From Tubiluchus corallicola (Eukaryota > Animalia > Priapulida): a stretch of DNA of 64,000 bases. The notes beneath the pieces were generated by a model. It made no database searches, was not told the DNA's origin, and worked only from the letters and a program-made list of their open reading frames with translations. Positions 13,801 to 26,339 of the stretch are shown here, one piece after another; positions within the stretch are counted from its first letter, which is position 1, and each line of letters opens with the position of its first letter. A program made the translations under genes and the position numbers. Location of the stretch: NCBI GenBank assembly GCA_030141605.1, contig JAQGDQ010000175.1, forward strand, positions 186,001 through 250,000, in the 5' to 3' direction.

Positions 13801-16800
13801 CATTGCGACTTCTACTGTTGGAGCAGACATAGACTACTTGTGCAAACAAAAGCAGTGCCAGATTTCACATTAAACTGATCAAAAGCATAAACAAGACTGT
13901 CTCTTCTAGCTTAAATGTAACATAAAATGTATTTTGTGCTTCATTGTCTTTTTGTGGTTATGAAATTGCTAATCCGGCCCGCGACTACTTTGAAGGTTGT
14001 ACACTTGGCCCTCAGTTCAAAAAGGTTGGACACCCCTGGTATAAATCATAGTCAGTGCTATACAGTAACACTGTATATAAATTTTCACTTCTATAAACAT
14101 ATGTAACATACTTGTGGAAGGTTTCTGCCTTTAGGAATTCTGTTCATTTGTGATGTTATAACTGGCTGCGCTCAAAGATGGTTGGTTAGGTTTTTAAGCT
14201 AATATTAATTATCATTATCAGAAATGCTTTGGTATTTGTTAAAATGTATACTTTTTATTGTAATTTAAAATGGGGTAGGATATGAAAAATCACTCAATAT
14301 AGCAAAAACTATTAAATAATTTTTTTTCATCATGTGTATAACGATGCAGTAAATATAAAAATACTAAAGCGTTTCTGATAATGATATTTAATATTAGCTT
14401 AAAAACTTAACTAACCATCTTTGAGCACAGCCAGTTATAACATCACAAATGAACAGAATTCCTCAAGGCAGAAACCTTTCACAAGTGTGTTACACGTGTT
14501 TACAGAAGTGAAAATTTATATACAGTGTTACTGTATAGCACTGACTATGATTTATGCCAACTTAGCAATTATGTGCCAGTTTTAACATCTATAACGTTGT
14601 TGATTATCATGTACCTGTTTTAACATCTATAACGTTGTTGATTATCATGTGCCTGTTTTAACATCTATAACGTTGTTGATTATCATGGGCCTGTTTTAAC
14701 ATCTATAACGTTGTTGATTATCATGGGCCTGTTTTAACATCTATAAAATTCTTGACATAATACTGGGCATTTCGATTGTCATGCCTAATGTGCTTGTTTA
14801 AATTGCATTGAAAGGATATGAAAAATCACTCAATATAGCAAAATTTATTAAATAAATTTTTTTCATCGTGTGTATAACGATGCAGTAAATGTTATTAAAT
14901 TCAAAAGTGCAGTATTATTATTTTAATGGTGTTACACTGCATTAGCCTTTATATGAGTTTTGTGTTGCATCTTTCTGCGAGCTTAACAACCACTAAACTA
15001 AAGAATTTGGACTTGAGCAATGAGCAGACATAGATAAGAACTTGGACTAGCGGAATAGGAGCTAACTACTTCAGTGATTAAAGACAGTGCATCCAGAAAT
15101 ATTCTCAACATAATTACCGACAATCCTAGCTCTCCTGCTTTACAAATAGATCGATGCATTAGATCTTCAACATCTCTGCTTGTTGTCTGTTGTATTTTAT
15201 ACAACCAACCAAGAGCATGCTGCAAGCAGACATTGTCATTCGATTCCTGCGCCATACGAATGGCTTCATTTACAGCAGCTAGCGCCTCCTGCCTGCCAAA
15301 ATTAAGAGCAGTTTGAAAAGTAATTCCCTCAAACGTAATAATTATTTTGAAAAAAATGCAATCAAATTACTTGCCTATAAAAACTTGTTTAAACTTACCT
15401 ATGTCCAAATCGATAATGAAGTGCAGTAAGATTCAAAGCTGCATATCGAAAGCTGCGTCCAGCTTCCTCCCGAGATGTCTTTGTATCATATGAGTTTAGG
15501 GAACATCGGTCAAAATAATGATGCAAACTATCAACTGCTAGGCAGTAATCATGAAGCCGCAAGCTATTCAGATAACTAAGAAAATGCTGCAATAAAAATT
15601 ACTGGTATAAATCACATTGAAATTAAAATCTTATCTTTTATAATATAGAAAGTTTGTATCATTAATACATGGTTTTAGCAACGTACACATATAATATTAT
15701 TATGTTTAATTTAAAAGCAAAGCAATTAAAATTTTCTGCTACAGATCAGCAGAAAAATTGCAAAAACATTAATAAAAAAATAATGTCAATAGGTGTGTGA
15801 AACACCATCATTTTAGGTCTGTAACGATACACCCAAGTCACGATACTAACCTCATGATACAATACGCATGTTAATACACCAGAGTTTATGTTTGCAGGCT
15901 TATAAAAAAAACTAGATGAAGCAGTTGATAATAAATGCTAAATCAACAAACTGGTTCATTTTTACCTATTACTTGCATAATGTGTAGGCTATTGTTTGCG
16001 TTGTAAACCACCAGAAAAGCAAAACAAATCATATCAAACGCTTTAGGTTTAAAAGTTGCTTATGCATTTTCTGTTTCGTGTTTGCCATTTTACGAGTTTA
16101 TATGCAAACAACGTAACTAACTACTTGTCAAACACCTTGTCAATCGTTTTAGTGTCTGTATCAAGTCAACTGTATCAACTGCACTGATTGCACGGTATCT
16201 ACTACACTTACACTAAACAGTTTTATCTTGATTCACTTCAAATTGTAGGATCAAGTGTGTGCTAATTTGCTGGATATCATTGATTCAGATTATCATGATA
16301 CGGGTGCACTTTGGCGATTTGCATATTGTAATAAAAGATATCATGATACATTGATGTATCATTACAAGCCTACACCATTTGGCATTAAATTTCTGTCACT
16401 GATGTTTCTATATCACAGATGTACTAACTTGTACATTAAGCAGCGGCTTAGCTATTAGTAAATTAAGGTCTCTAATATATAGAAATCTATAATAAAACTT
16501 ACTGCTTCAGCAAGTTCTGGGTTGGATTTGAGTAGCATCCCAAGACGAGACTGCAACTCTTTTGCACTAAGCGCTTGAATTTCATTTCTTTGCAGCAGAA
16601 TGGACTGTTGGGCAATAAAATATTCTGCCTGTTTTTGTGAATACATGCCACTTCGAAAAACACTTGAAATTCTAAACAAACAAATTATAGAAAACTTAAA
16701 ATGTTGACAGCATACCAGAGATTACATAATCATTGTGTTAGGTATTTTGTAGGTTTTGCAATAGAACTTGATAAAAAAGTTTGTAAGCCTGCATTCTATT

Positions 16801-19800
16801 TAATTAAAGCAATGATGATAATTAAATAAATGATACTTTACGATTGCTTTACTTAATTTATTCATTTAAATACAGTAAATAACAATTTAGTATCATATAA
16901 TGTTATCAAAGAATTTAAAAAAACTATCCGCAGAAGCTGCCAAAACATCTGGATACTGTGATATGAACTATGGTACATAATTTCATTAGAAAAATAATAT
17001 TTTAACACAACAATAAACAAATTGTAATAATGAAAGAATAAAACAACCTGTCAGAAATTTCTTCTGGCTTTTCAATATGGATGCTTATTTCTGACTCATC
17101 AAGATCATTTCCAAGGTCAGCAATCGATGTTTCAGTGCAGTCTAAGGTTACTTGATGACTTTTATGCATTTTATAATATTTATTAAAAGCCTTACAGAGC
17201 TTCGTTATCTGGCTGAAATACATCTTCTCAAACGATAAATACATCCGTCTGATAAAAAAGCCTAAAACATTGAAATCAGAATTAAAATATATAATATGAG
17301 AAACTGGGATTAAAAATTATAAGTACATAAATAAATTGAAAAATGTTAAAACAAAAAATAAATAAAAATTTGTAGATTTAATTTATTTACAAAAAAACAA
17401 GTAGGTTACAAACCATGTCATTATTAATATTAATCACTTACCTGCTTGCCACTGAAGCTAATGTGGCATTGACACATGGGCTTGTACAGCAGTGCTAGTC
17501 TTCAAAAATGCACAATAATTACAATTAAAATGCAGGTAAAATTGACTAGTTGTATTTACCTACTACGCTGCTTTTATGTACAAGTGCAGATGAATCAGAC
17601 AGTAAGCCATGGGCTGTTTGAATGGTATCCATCAATTTGCCAATGCCTTGCACATAAATCTGTTCAACACTAAACATAAATAAACAAACAAACAAAGTGA
17701 AAAAAGCTGTTCAGATAATGTGAAATTTACCGTATTGAACAAAGGGCTCAACAGTCGACACAGAAAGCCGTACTGAAACTAACTTCTAAACCAAAACTCT
17801 AGCAAAAAAAGTATGTCATATGCAAGTAGTAACAATCAACTGATGATAAGCTTCACTTTTAAATGTGCTACAAAATGTTTTAATGCATTTAAACATGTTG
17901 CAAATGCACCACAATAAAAGACTAAATTACACATTAGTTAATTGGTCAGTACTTTCAGAGCCAACAATTTTTATAAAATAAAGAAAATTTTAAATGCAGC
18001 ATGATTATATAATTTTTGTTGTTTGTTTTTGTGGTGTCACAGAAAAAATTTCAGCATTGATGGCCTATGCTGAGAATTTTTTTTAGAGTTGGACCAAACT
18101 TAAATAGTCTTGTAATGCTAAACAATTTTGGATTGCTCACTTGCAAATAACTCTGTAGAGCTATCCGTTTTGCCGTGATGTTGTTATCATTCATATAATA
18201 ATGAAAAAACTTTGCTGTTTACCCATTGTGTGAGAAACAATGCTAGTCAATTATCACACATTTGGATTCCACGGCAACTAAAGACATATCTACATCTTAG
18301 CACAAGTTTTTTATATCGTCTTGATCATTTTGCCTTGGAGCATGCTCACTAGACGTTCGTTTTTCATTATTTTCTGTCCGAGATATAACCGCTTTTTTGA
18401 CGTATCAGAATTATTTCAATATGAAAAATTCTGTGAGCCGATGATGTTGACAGTGCCACACTACTGCGCTTAAATTACATACAGATGCTTTTAATACTTT
18501 AATAATGAATTTAATGAGGTAAGGTAGAGAGCGAGGTAGAGAGAGGAAGGGAAAGAGAGGGAGAGAGAGGGAGAGAGAGTGAGAGAGAAAGAGAGAGAGT
18601 GAGTGAGTGAGAGAGAGAGAAAGGGAGGGTGAGAGAAAAGAGAAAGAAACAGGAGACAGAAGGAGAGAGGAAGAGGGAGGGAGAGAAAGAAGCAGTGAAG
18701 AGGAGAGATTCTATTGAAATAATGTAAAGACTACATAACGTAAAAATGGAAATAGTGTTCTAAATGAAGTGTCATAGCAGTTGGGCTGAAAAAACTAAAT
18801 AAGTGAATAACCAAATGCTTCGCATCCTGAACCAGTTTTTATTTAACATTCATGACAGACAAAGCAAGAGGGCAAACCATCAATACTTAACTGACATCCC
18901 TTAAGTCTACTACACCCTCATACTAATGATTAATCACAGATAGAAGTCCAGGGAAAGTTATGAGGGCCCTGTTGCAGTGAAAAATCAATGAGCAAGGCTA
19001 CACAGTAAACTATAATGTTAGTTATATAAAATTAAGATAGGCAATAGCAAACCTGTTTTTAAAAGCAATGGAAAGATTCTGATCAACGGTTTCTACAACT
19101 TGACTTAGTAACTTCTCAAGGGATACATCAGGACACTGAAAAATTGGAGAGAATATACAACAATACATAAAAATGAGTGATATTTATTGCTAAGGTTGAA
19201 ACTATCACATCAAAAAGATGTCAAACTTAGCATATTATTAGTTAAAGAAAAAAGTCGAGAAAGATGTTGTAACTTCAGTAGTTTAAGTCCCAAATAATCT
19301 GCATATATATGTAACTGAAATAGATCAAACCGACATACTTGTAGAGAAATAGGATTTAACTTGTGTTATTATGCTTTGTACTGTATATGACATTAGCAGA
19401 AAATGCACTTTATTAAATAAGGAAGGACTCTCAAGTGATGATAAAAAAGATGCTGAGGAAACCATGTTTACTGCTAACTAAACCGTAAAAACCAGGAAAC
19501 AAGGAAAAAGTAATGAGAAAAACAGTAAGGAAATTCACGCCTCATGTATGTCACTGAAAGGTCACTAATAGAATAGACGAAATGTCATCATTATGAAACA
19601 CGATGCTGCTTTGGAGCAGAGGTCACTGAAAGCTCACCATCATGTAATGTGACACTGCTTCAAAGCAGAAGCCAATGACATCATTGTGAACTGTGATACT
19701 GCACTTCTGAGCAGCGGTCACAAAAAGATCACATTATGAAACATGGATACTTCGGACCACACATCGCTGAAAGGTCGCCATTATGAAATGTGGTACTACA

Positions 19801-21958
19801 TTCGAGAAGAGGTCGTTAAAAGGTTATCATTATGAAATGTGATGAAGCTTCTGAGCAGAGGTAAACGCTGTGTTCATAATAAGATGCTGCTGCTTCAGAG
19901 CACATGTTACTGAAAGTTTACCACTATGAAATGTGGTACTACATCTGAGAAGAGGTCACTTTAAATGGATACAGTGCCAAACTTTTTAACAATAAGACAA
20001 CACAAAAAGTAGAGGTGAGCAAATACTACCAGAAATCGAATTTGAATAGAATTTTTGGTTTTGAATTTGAATGCTAACAAATTTCAAAATTTTGAATTTG
20101 AATCAAATTCAGTAATAAAGACAGTCCAATAAATTTTGTGTAAATAATAAAAATAATAATGTGTGCAAAAAAGTGAAAAAGCCAATTTAGTTGTGGGATG
20201 ACAAAGACTGTGCATGTAGCATGAATACTTGGATACTTATAAGATTTTATGGCCACAAAGACTATAATGACTGATTTGTGCAGCTAAAATTAAGAATCAT
20301 GTAAAATAGCAGTCTAGTAAACCTACTTTTACTTACTGGTTTTCAAGTGATATGTTTGAGATTAGTTGTCATTTTGCACATTTCAAACTGTATATTTCTT
20401 GCAAGGTGTTGCTGATCACTCATTAAACTTAAAGGATAATGAAATAAGTAGGCCTACTTGCTTGTACAAGCCATGTTAACAGTGCAAATATTTTCCAAAA
20501 TTACTACGATATGGCCCGATACGCATACTGCCGAGTGCAGGCGATCGCTAATGCTAGTGAATAATTGCCACTCTCACTACTTATTTTCATTTTACAGCAG
20601 CTTGCAAAGATCGCACATATTGCTTTTGCTCTAAAGTTAATCTAGCAATAATTTGTTAAAAAATAGTGTGCAAAAATTGCAATTGAATTGTTCTGACTGC
20701 ATGACATTTCAAATGTTTGAATGGCAAAGAATGAAAGCAATTGGGGCATTGAATTATTCAAATTCACAATTTGAAGTTCCAATAAAAATCAAATAAAAAA
20801 GTTTTTGATGCTCACACCTAACTGAAAGGTATCGGCATGATTTTTCTCAAACTTAGGTGTGGAACTCTTTACCATAATCATTAATTAGAGAGTGCAAGTA
20901 AACATAAACTTGTGATTTTTAATTTAAAATATCATAACAACATGTGCTGCCATCTACCGTTAACATAACTTATTATTTGAATCAAGTTTAATCCAGGTTG
21001 TGGCCTTGGTCTGTGCTGCCCAGTCACCTGTATCTGCTGGGCTTCCCATATATGGTAGTGTTGATTGCTAGTGTGCTTTGCTAGCCAATCAGGTAAGCTC
21101 AGTGGATACATGTGATCTGCAAAGGCCTAGCCTAGGCTTTATATTTGCTCTTGCTTTTTCTTCTTGAGCATGGCTATTGATTGTACGTCATGTGTAATAT
21201 CAGTGCAATGTGTAAATATTAATAAAAGTCTATCACAGTCCACATGATTTCAAAGTATGTTCTAACCACCAGAAGTGAACCAGCCCATAGCAGTCCAATA
21301 TTCTACAAAGTCAATACTCCCTTCTATGCTGTTTGCTATAAAAGCTTTCTACACTGTTATTTTTTTAAAAAAATGTGTATTAAGTGGGAGAGTATTTATA
21401 AACTAATGATGAGTACTTGAACAATGTCGTTTTGGGATGATATGCGATCGATGCGAGTTCGGATTAGCTCAGAGCAAAAGTCACTGAAAAGTTAAAACCA
21501 TGTAATGAGATGATAAAGTTAAAACCATCTAATGCTTCAAAGCACAGGTCGCTGAGAAGCACCTTGATGAAACATTCATACTGTCATAGCAGCTTCAAAA
21601 AGAACTGTCACATGATCAGGAAATTTGTATTTAATTTTACAATTAAAACTTTGTGTAAGTCGAGTTCTTGTCTTCACTTATTTAATTTAATTATAGCATG
21701 AACAAGCACTAGCTGTTTTTAAAGCACAAACTTTTAGTACCTTACCTGGAGGATGTTTAACAGTAACATTGCAAAATCTCTTCTCTGCGTGCTTGTTAAT
21801 AGAGTCTTATCTTTACTTATCAATGACAAGTACTCATTAATAAGAATCAAAATGCTGATCTTGTGTGGAGTTACTTGAACATTAGTTTCATGTGCAGAGT
21901 ACAGACAGAGATGAGGCAAACTGGCTGTCATTGTTTCTCCAGCATTTGTGGACGACAT
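4804..21958 (-). CDS. ANAPC5: Anaphase-promoting complex subunit 5, ~775 aa, 15 coding exons
   Basis: Exons (minus strand): 21958-21746, 19135-19053, 17669-17560, 17261-17048, 16671-16503, 15586-15399, 15292-15118, 13311-13130, 12486-12354, 11843-11647, 10507-10379, 8821-8674, 7559-7397, 6901-6807, 4932-4804. All introns are GT-AG and phases are consistent (2328 nt including TAG). APC5 motifs: VTPHKI, VHKSSVVGFFIRRM, SQKQAEYFIAQQ, AEAHFLSYLNSLR, SLHHYFDR, FRYAALNL, EAIRMAQESNDNVCLQHALGWL, ERNDCALKF. Confidence 0.95.
5306..5383 (+). mobile_element. CR1/L2-type LINE reverse transcriptase fragment
   Basis: Translates to DDTKIYRRVLIIKTLVHLQQDFFHLE, matching the (FA)DDTKIY...LQxDL RT signature. 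Confidence 0.55.
10717..11212. mobile_element. hAT-like MITE
   Basis: Ends CAGAGGCATAG...CACGTCACTG (degenerate CAGTGGCGT TIR), flanked by near-identical 8-mers TAAAATAT/AAAAATAT. Confidence 0.5.
13708..14038. mobile_element. hAT (Charlie-like) MITE, 331 bp
   Basis: TIRs CAGGAGTGTCCAAC/GTTGGACACCCCTG, GGCCCGC subterminal motifs, perfect 8-bp TSD GTATAAAT (13700-13707, 14039-14046). The empty site is visible in the inverted copy near 14545-14562. Confidence 0.9.
14579..14746. repeat. 38-bp minisatellite, 4 full copies plus a partial
   Basis: Unit GTTTTAACATCTATAACGTTGTTGATTATCATG(G/T)(G/A)CCT with period 38. Confidence 0.9.
15814..16372. mobile_element. hAT-like MITE
   Basis: TIRs TAGGTCTGTAACGATAC/GTATCATTACAAGCCTA, GATAC subterminal repeats, 8-bp TSD CATCATTT/CACCATTT. 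Confidence 0.7.
18520..18708. repeat. GA-rich low-complexity tract
   Basis: Imperfect (GA)n purine run. Confidence 0.9.
19545..19960. repeat. Degenerate ~49-bp tandem repeat
   Basis: Recurrent unit approximately GTCACTGAAAGGTCACCATTATGAAATGTGATACTGCTTCTGAGCAGAG. Further units appear at ~21470-21615. Confidence 0.75.
20010..20820. mobile_element. hAT-like MITE
   Basis: TIRs TAGAGGTGAGCA/TGCTCACACCTA, TTTGAA/TTCAAA subterminal repeats, degenerate 8-bp TSD ACAAAAAG/ACTGAAAG. Confidence 0.6.
20999..21307 (+). mobile_element. Probable solo LTR
   Basis: TGTGG...CTACA termini, with CCAAT (~21085), TATA-like (~21139) and AATAAA (~21221) in that order. Near 4-bp TSD AGGT/AAGT. Confidence 0.4.
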
Positions 21959-22158
21959 GACACACACTCTTCACGAACGAGGTAATGTCAGTGTTAAATA
22001 GAGCCTGTAAATAAATAAAACCGTAACCTATCGGTATGTAGGTCTCAAATGAATATAATTTAATTTATTTTATTTATATTATACTCGAATGAGTATAAAT
22101 GCCTAATCATTTCCATCTTTAAGTACATTATCCATGCCACTGCTTAAAACAAATACGC

Positions 22159-23070
22159 TGTTGGGAGCCGTTTGGACCACTGCGCCAAGTAGACCACTTG
22201 ATGCGCTAAAAGTAGTGTCCTACATGGGCAGCCCAAGTAGGACACTAGCGATTTTTGTCGAGAAACTTGCTCTGGCAAAACTTGTTTCCAGTTTATATTA
22301 CCATTGTTTATAAGTATTGTTATGACATAATAAAGCATAAAACAAAATTTCTTTTAGAAACGGATATTCCTTGGCAATTTACAAATGCATTTCTTACAAT
22401 AATTTCATCATTATGATTAACTCCATTAATATATCATAACATTAAACCTAGTATCTAATGCTTTAAAGAGAGAAATTCTGCACACAGTTATTACAGAAAT
22501 AATTGCAAATTTAAAAATGAGACAGATGCTGCTAAGCCTTCACAACACCAAAAAGTAATTTTTAACATTTAAGAAAAGCAAGGATAATTAGTTTTAATAT
22601 TATCAGTAGTATTGTAACATGTAGGGCACTGTCCTACATGGCTCGCTAGCCCATGTAGGACACATAGATCGCTAGAACGTTTACTTATAAGAAAACAATT
22701 ATTTGCCCAAGAGGTAGTGAAACGGATCACCTGTTTGTGAAGTGAGACAAAATCAAAAATGATATACCTTAAACAAATGTTGAATTCGCAAAAAAGTGAG
22801 GTTTTTTCACTTCAACAACATTAATATCGAAACCAAATTTAATATTGTCCGTTCTACCAGCTCAGAATAAAATTCTTTTATTTTATTAGATGTATAATAA
22901 ATTATTCAACGTGTATTAACGTTTTTAATTATTATTATTACATAAACAAGCACAACGGACGGTGTCAGTACACTTAACGACTGAATTCACGACCTGTCTC
23001 TAGTGTCCTACTTGGGCAGCCCAAGTAGACCCCGGTCTACTTGGCGCAGTGGTCCAAACGGCTCCCAACA
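22159..23070. mobile_element. Non-autonomous TIR element (912 bp), unclassified
   Basis: Perfect 37-bp TIR TGTTGGGAGCCGTTTGGACCACTGCGCCAAGTAGACC at both ends, internal palindromes, no coding capacity, no clear TSD. Confidence 0.85.
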
Positions 23071-23074
23071 CCCT

Positions 23075-23190
23075 TCTATTTCAAATTAATTTAATAACTT
23101 AAGCTTTTTCTTGTTTTCATTTCGCGCATCTAAAAAGTAATACACAATGCCATGTCAATACACGTGACGGGCGCGGACTACGCCACTAGC
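23075..23190 (-). promoter_or_regulatory. Candidate ANAPC5 promoter motifs
   Basis: CpG-rich patch with E2F-like TTTCGCGC (~23120), E-box CACGTG (23161) and CHR-like TTTGAA on the minus strand (~23080). Confidence 0.3.
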
Positions 23191-23240
23191 CGTTGTAGGA
23201 CGTTTCTGCTAAATCGCATGTGCTAAATTTGCGGAAAAGC

Positions 23241-23807
23241 AGTGTCGTACATGGGCAGCCCAAGTAGGGCACTGGCGATTTCTGTCGAGAATCGAGAATT
23301 GTGACAATGATAAAACATAAAACTAAATTTGTTTTAGAAAAAAGTAACGTTATAATAATGATGGATAATCCTTGACAATTTACAAAACAAATGTATTTTT
23401 ATAATAATATCATCATTATTATTAGCTCCATTAATATTTTCATAACATTAAACCAAGTATCTAATGTTTTAAAGAGAGAAACTAGAAACGATGTAGGGTA
23501 CATAGCTCGCTAGACCGTTTACTTAGTGAAAAACAATTATTTGTCTAAGAGGTAGCAAAACTGAGTATCTGTCTGTGAAGCGAGACAAAATAAAAAATGA
23601 GATACCCTAAGCAAATGTTGGAATCGCCTGTCGATGTATAATAAGTTATTCAACGTGTATCGACGTTTTCAATTATTATTATTAAATAAACAAAGACATC
23701 AGTACGGTTAACGACTCAATTCGTGGCTGTCTCTGTTGCCCTACTTGGCCTAGCCCACGTACGCCAATTGTTCTACTTCGGCTAGTGTTCTACTTCGCTC
23801 CCAACAC
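23241..23807. mobile_element. Second, older and deleted copy of the same TIR element
   Basis: Colinear similarity to 22213-23070 (ATGGGCAGCCCAAGTAGG, GAAAACAATTATTTG, GAGACAAAA, TTATTCAACGTGTAT), ending GCTCCCAACAC. Confidence 0.8.
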
Positions 23808-24283
23808 ACGGAGAAGCAAGCTGCAACCTCAGCGACAACCAAAGTTCAGGAAACGAAAGTGACGGAACAGATTGTTACGTATTTCGTTTTTGCGATTAGC
23901 GACTACGCTGGCGGAATCAAATTTTTAAACCGCACCTTGACCGTAATAATAATATTCTGAAGTCCACCAATAGTGTTGGTATACGCGCAATTTTGATAAG
24001 CCAAAATCACTTTTGCAGTTTTAATAAAAGAAGAAAATCTCAAATAAAAGCAATTATTAGTTTAAAAAACTAAAAACATTTCACGAAAACGAAAAACTGA
24101 TGTAGCAATAAGTTGTACTATGTGCTTGCAAATAATTCTTCAGTATTCTTCTAAGTAAAATTTTGCTGTTCTTCCTAAGGAAAGAGGCTAGCTTACTGCA
24201 TGATGGGCTGCCTACTGTGTAAAAAAGTAATGCTTTTTACTGATTCATTGATTTTTCTCTCCCTCCCTCTCTTTGAAAGAAGG

Positions 24284-24420
24284 AGATGGAGGGAGAGAGA
24301 GAGGGGGAGGGACTGAGGGAGAGAGACAGAGAGAGGGACGGAGAGAGAGAGAAAAAGAGAAAGAGGCAGAAAGAGGGAGGGTGGGAGGGAGAGAGAGAGA
24401 CAGACACATACAGAGAGAGA
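24284..24420. repeat. GA-rich low-complexity tract
   Basis: Imperfect (GA)n. It explains the spurious ORFs 24237-24482 and 24286-24504. Confidence 0.9.
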
Positions 24421-26339
24421 TCCTTCTTTCCTTTTGTTGAAGGTGCTGCCATTTGTTTACTGGTCATTTTACTCCAATGCAAGGTCGCAGATATGGCACA
24501 TTAAAAATTGCACCCATTTACATGCCCAGCAATTAATCTATAAAATTACACATATATTATATTGTAGGTTTGTATATAAATAATGTGCACATGTACGCAC
24601 GAACGAATGCACGCACACAACAAGTAATTGCATACGGTGCTTCATATATAAATAATCAATACAGTAGTAGAGATGAGTAGGACTGAACTGCCAGCCTAAG
24701 GCATCGTAACGTCTTGATACACCCATGCACACACAGTCAGATACATGTATGACGTATGCATTATTACATACAGAGATTCTATGAAGCTGAGCCTATATAT
24801 TTAGCAATATAAATTAATTGCCCTTAGCACCTAGGCCTATAAAATCAATTAATTCAAGCCCATCAATAAATAAATTATTTATCAAGACTTGTCTGTGAAT
24901 TTAGCCACAGGTGTCTTATTAGTACGTTTATGCAAGTACATTTTTTACATGTAAACAAACTGTATTTAATGAACATTTATTTTGACGTAAGCCTAATGGA
25001 ATCTTAAAAACTTAGGCTAAATGTAAGTGACGTCTACACATCATATATAAGATGTTATGACCCGCCTGCAGATTCTAATTTATGCGCCAGGTTGGCTTCT
25101 CACCTGAATTTTATAACTTGATCTTGACCTAGTTAGTTGGTTGTTATAGAGGTGGAAGTAATGTCGGCTGCTTAGGATGACAGCTCTGATGTTTGTTCGT
25201 TTTGTTATTTTTTGTTCACTGACAATAAAAAAGAGCAGTAATGTCATAAATGCATCTCTGTTTGTTTCTTAGTGATTTTATAATCAGCTTCAACTCATAA
25301 CAATGGCCAATGTATGATTATATGCTTTTTAAACATCTTTTAATTTGAAATTAACAAAACGTGCTTAGATTAAGTTGTATTCTGGAAAAATTATTTGCTC
25401 TTCTGAAAAAATTGATTTTTTTCTATGAAAGGTCTTACACTAGAAAGCCGGGCTTAATATTTCTTTAAGCTATATTTCCTGAAAAAAAAACACAGAAATA
25501 GAATTCTACATGAGATAGGTATTTGCAAACTTTCTTTATATTAACTTTCTTATTAATTACTACAAACAGATTAACTTTCTTAACTTCTTTTGTAAATAAG
25601 CCAATTAATTTTCATGAGATATAAATATAATAGTTTTTAACTACTAAATATTCTTAGTGCCTTTTGCACTTATGCTTGCTTTAAATAATATTCAAAAATA
25701 TAACAGCTGCTATAAATCGCCAAGACAGATGTGGGCTTTGCAGTCTTTGCTTTGTGTACATATATTTAGCTTGTAATGAAAGTTACAAAACTGTGATATA
25801 ATTAACATTTTGTTATAATTACTTGGCTGCATCCTCGAGAAATTTAAAAAGATTTTATTTATGTTTTTGCCACTCACTGCTATGCAAGTTATGAACGCCT
25901 GTTGACAGGCCTGGCTTTGGTGGTCTCATCAATTCATGAGCTTACGCTAGAGCGCGATTGACAACAACAGTCCGTACTGCTGTGCCGCTAGGGCGACACT
26001 AACTGCGCGAAGTGCTGCGCAATTTCCATAATTTCTACTGTGCGTATTCTTTGGCGCCAACAGCGTGTCAAAGTCCTCTAAAGATTTCCGATATTGCGTT
26101 TAGACGGCTAAACGTGCCCGCGTTTTTTGCCGGTTTCGTTGTTAAGAGTATGGTGTGGTTTGCCGCTTTGTCTTTTCATAAAATTATAACATCGGAGTAT
26201 TTGTGTACGCTCTTTTTGTGAATTACTGTGTCAGGAAGTTCTCATTGGCAGGACTTTCCGTCACTAGCACACCTTTGTGTATTAATTTTCAGTTTGAATG
26301 AGGTAGCATAATGTATTATTGACACACCAGTTGGTATCA

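Larger units (their letters stand above)
13561..14890. repeat. Long intronic inverted duplication with flanking direct repeat
   Basis: 13561-14237 (minus the MITE) is the reverse complement of ~14358-14809. A ~78-bp direct repeat lies at 14277-14354 and 14813-14890. Confidence 0.9.

Noticed and set aside
14579-14746. 38-bp repeats as a CRISPR-like array
   Set aside because: The units are head-to-tail with no spacers, in a eukaryotic intron. It is a minisatellite.
24237-24504. ORFs rich in ER/SL dipeptides
   Set aside because: They are translations of a GA microsatellite.
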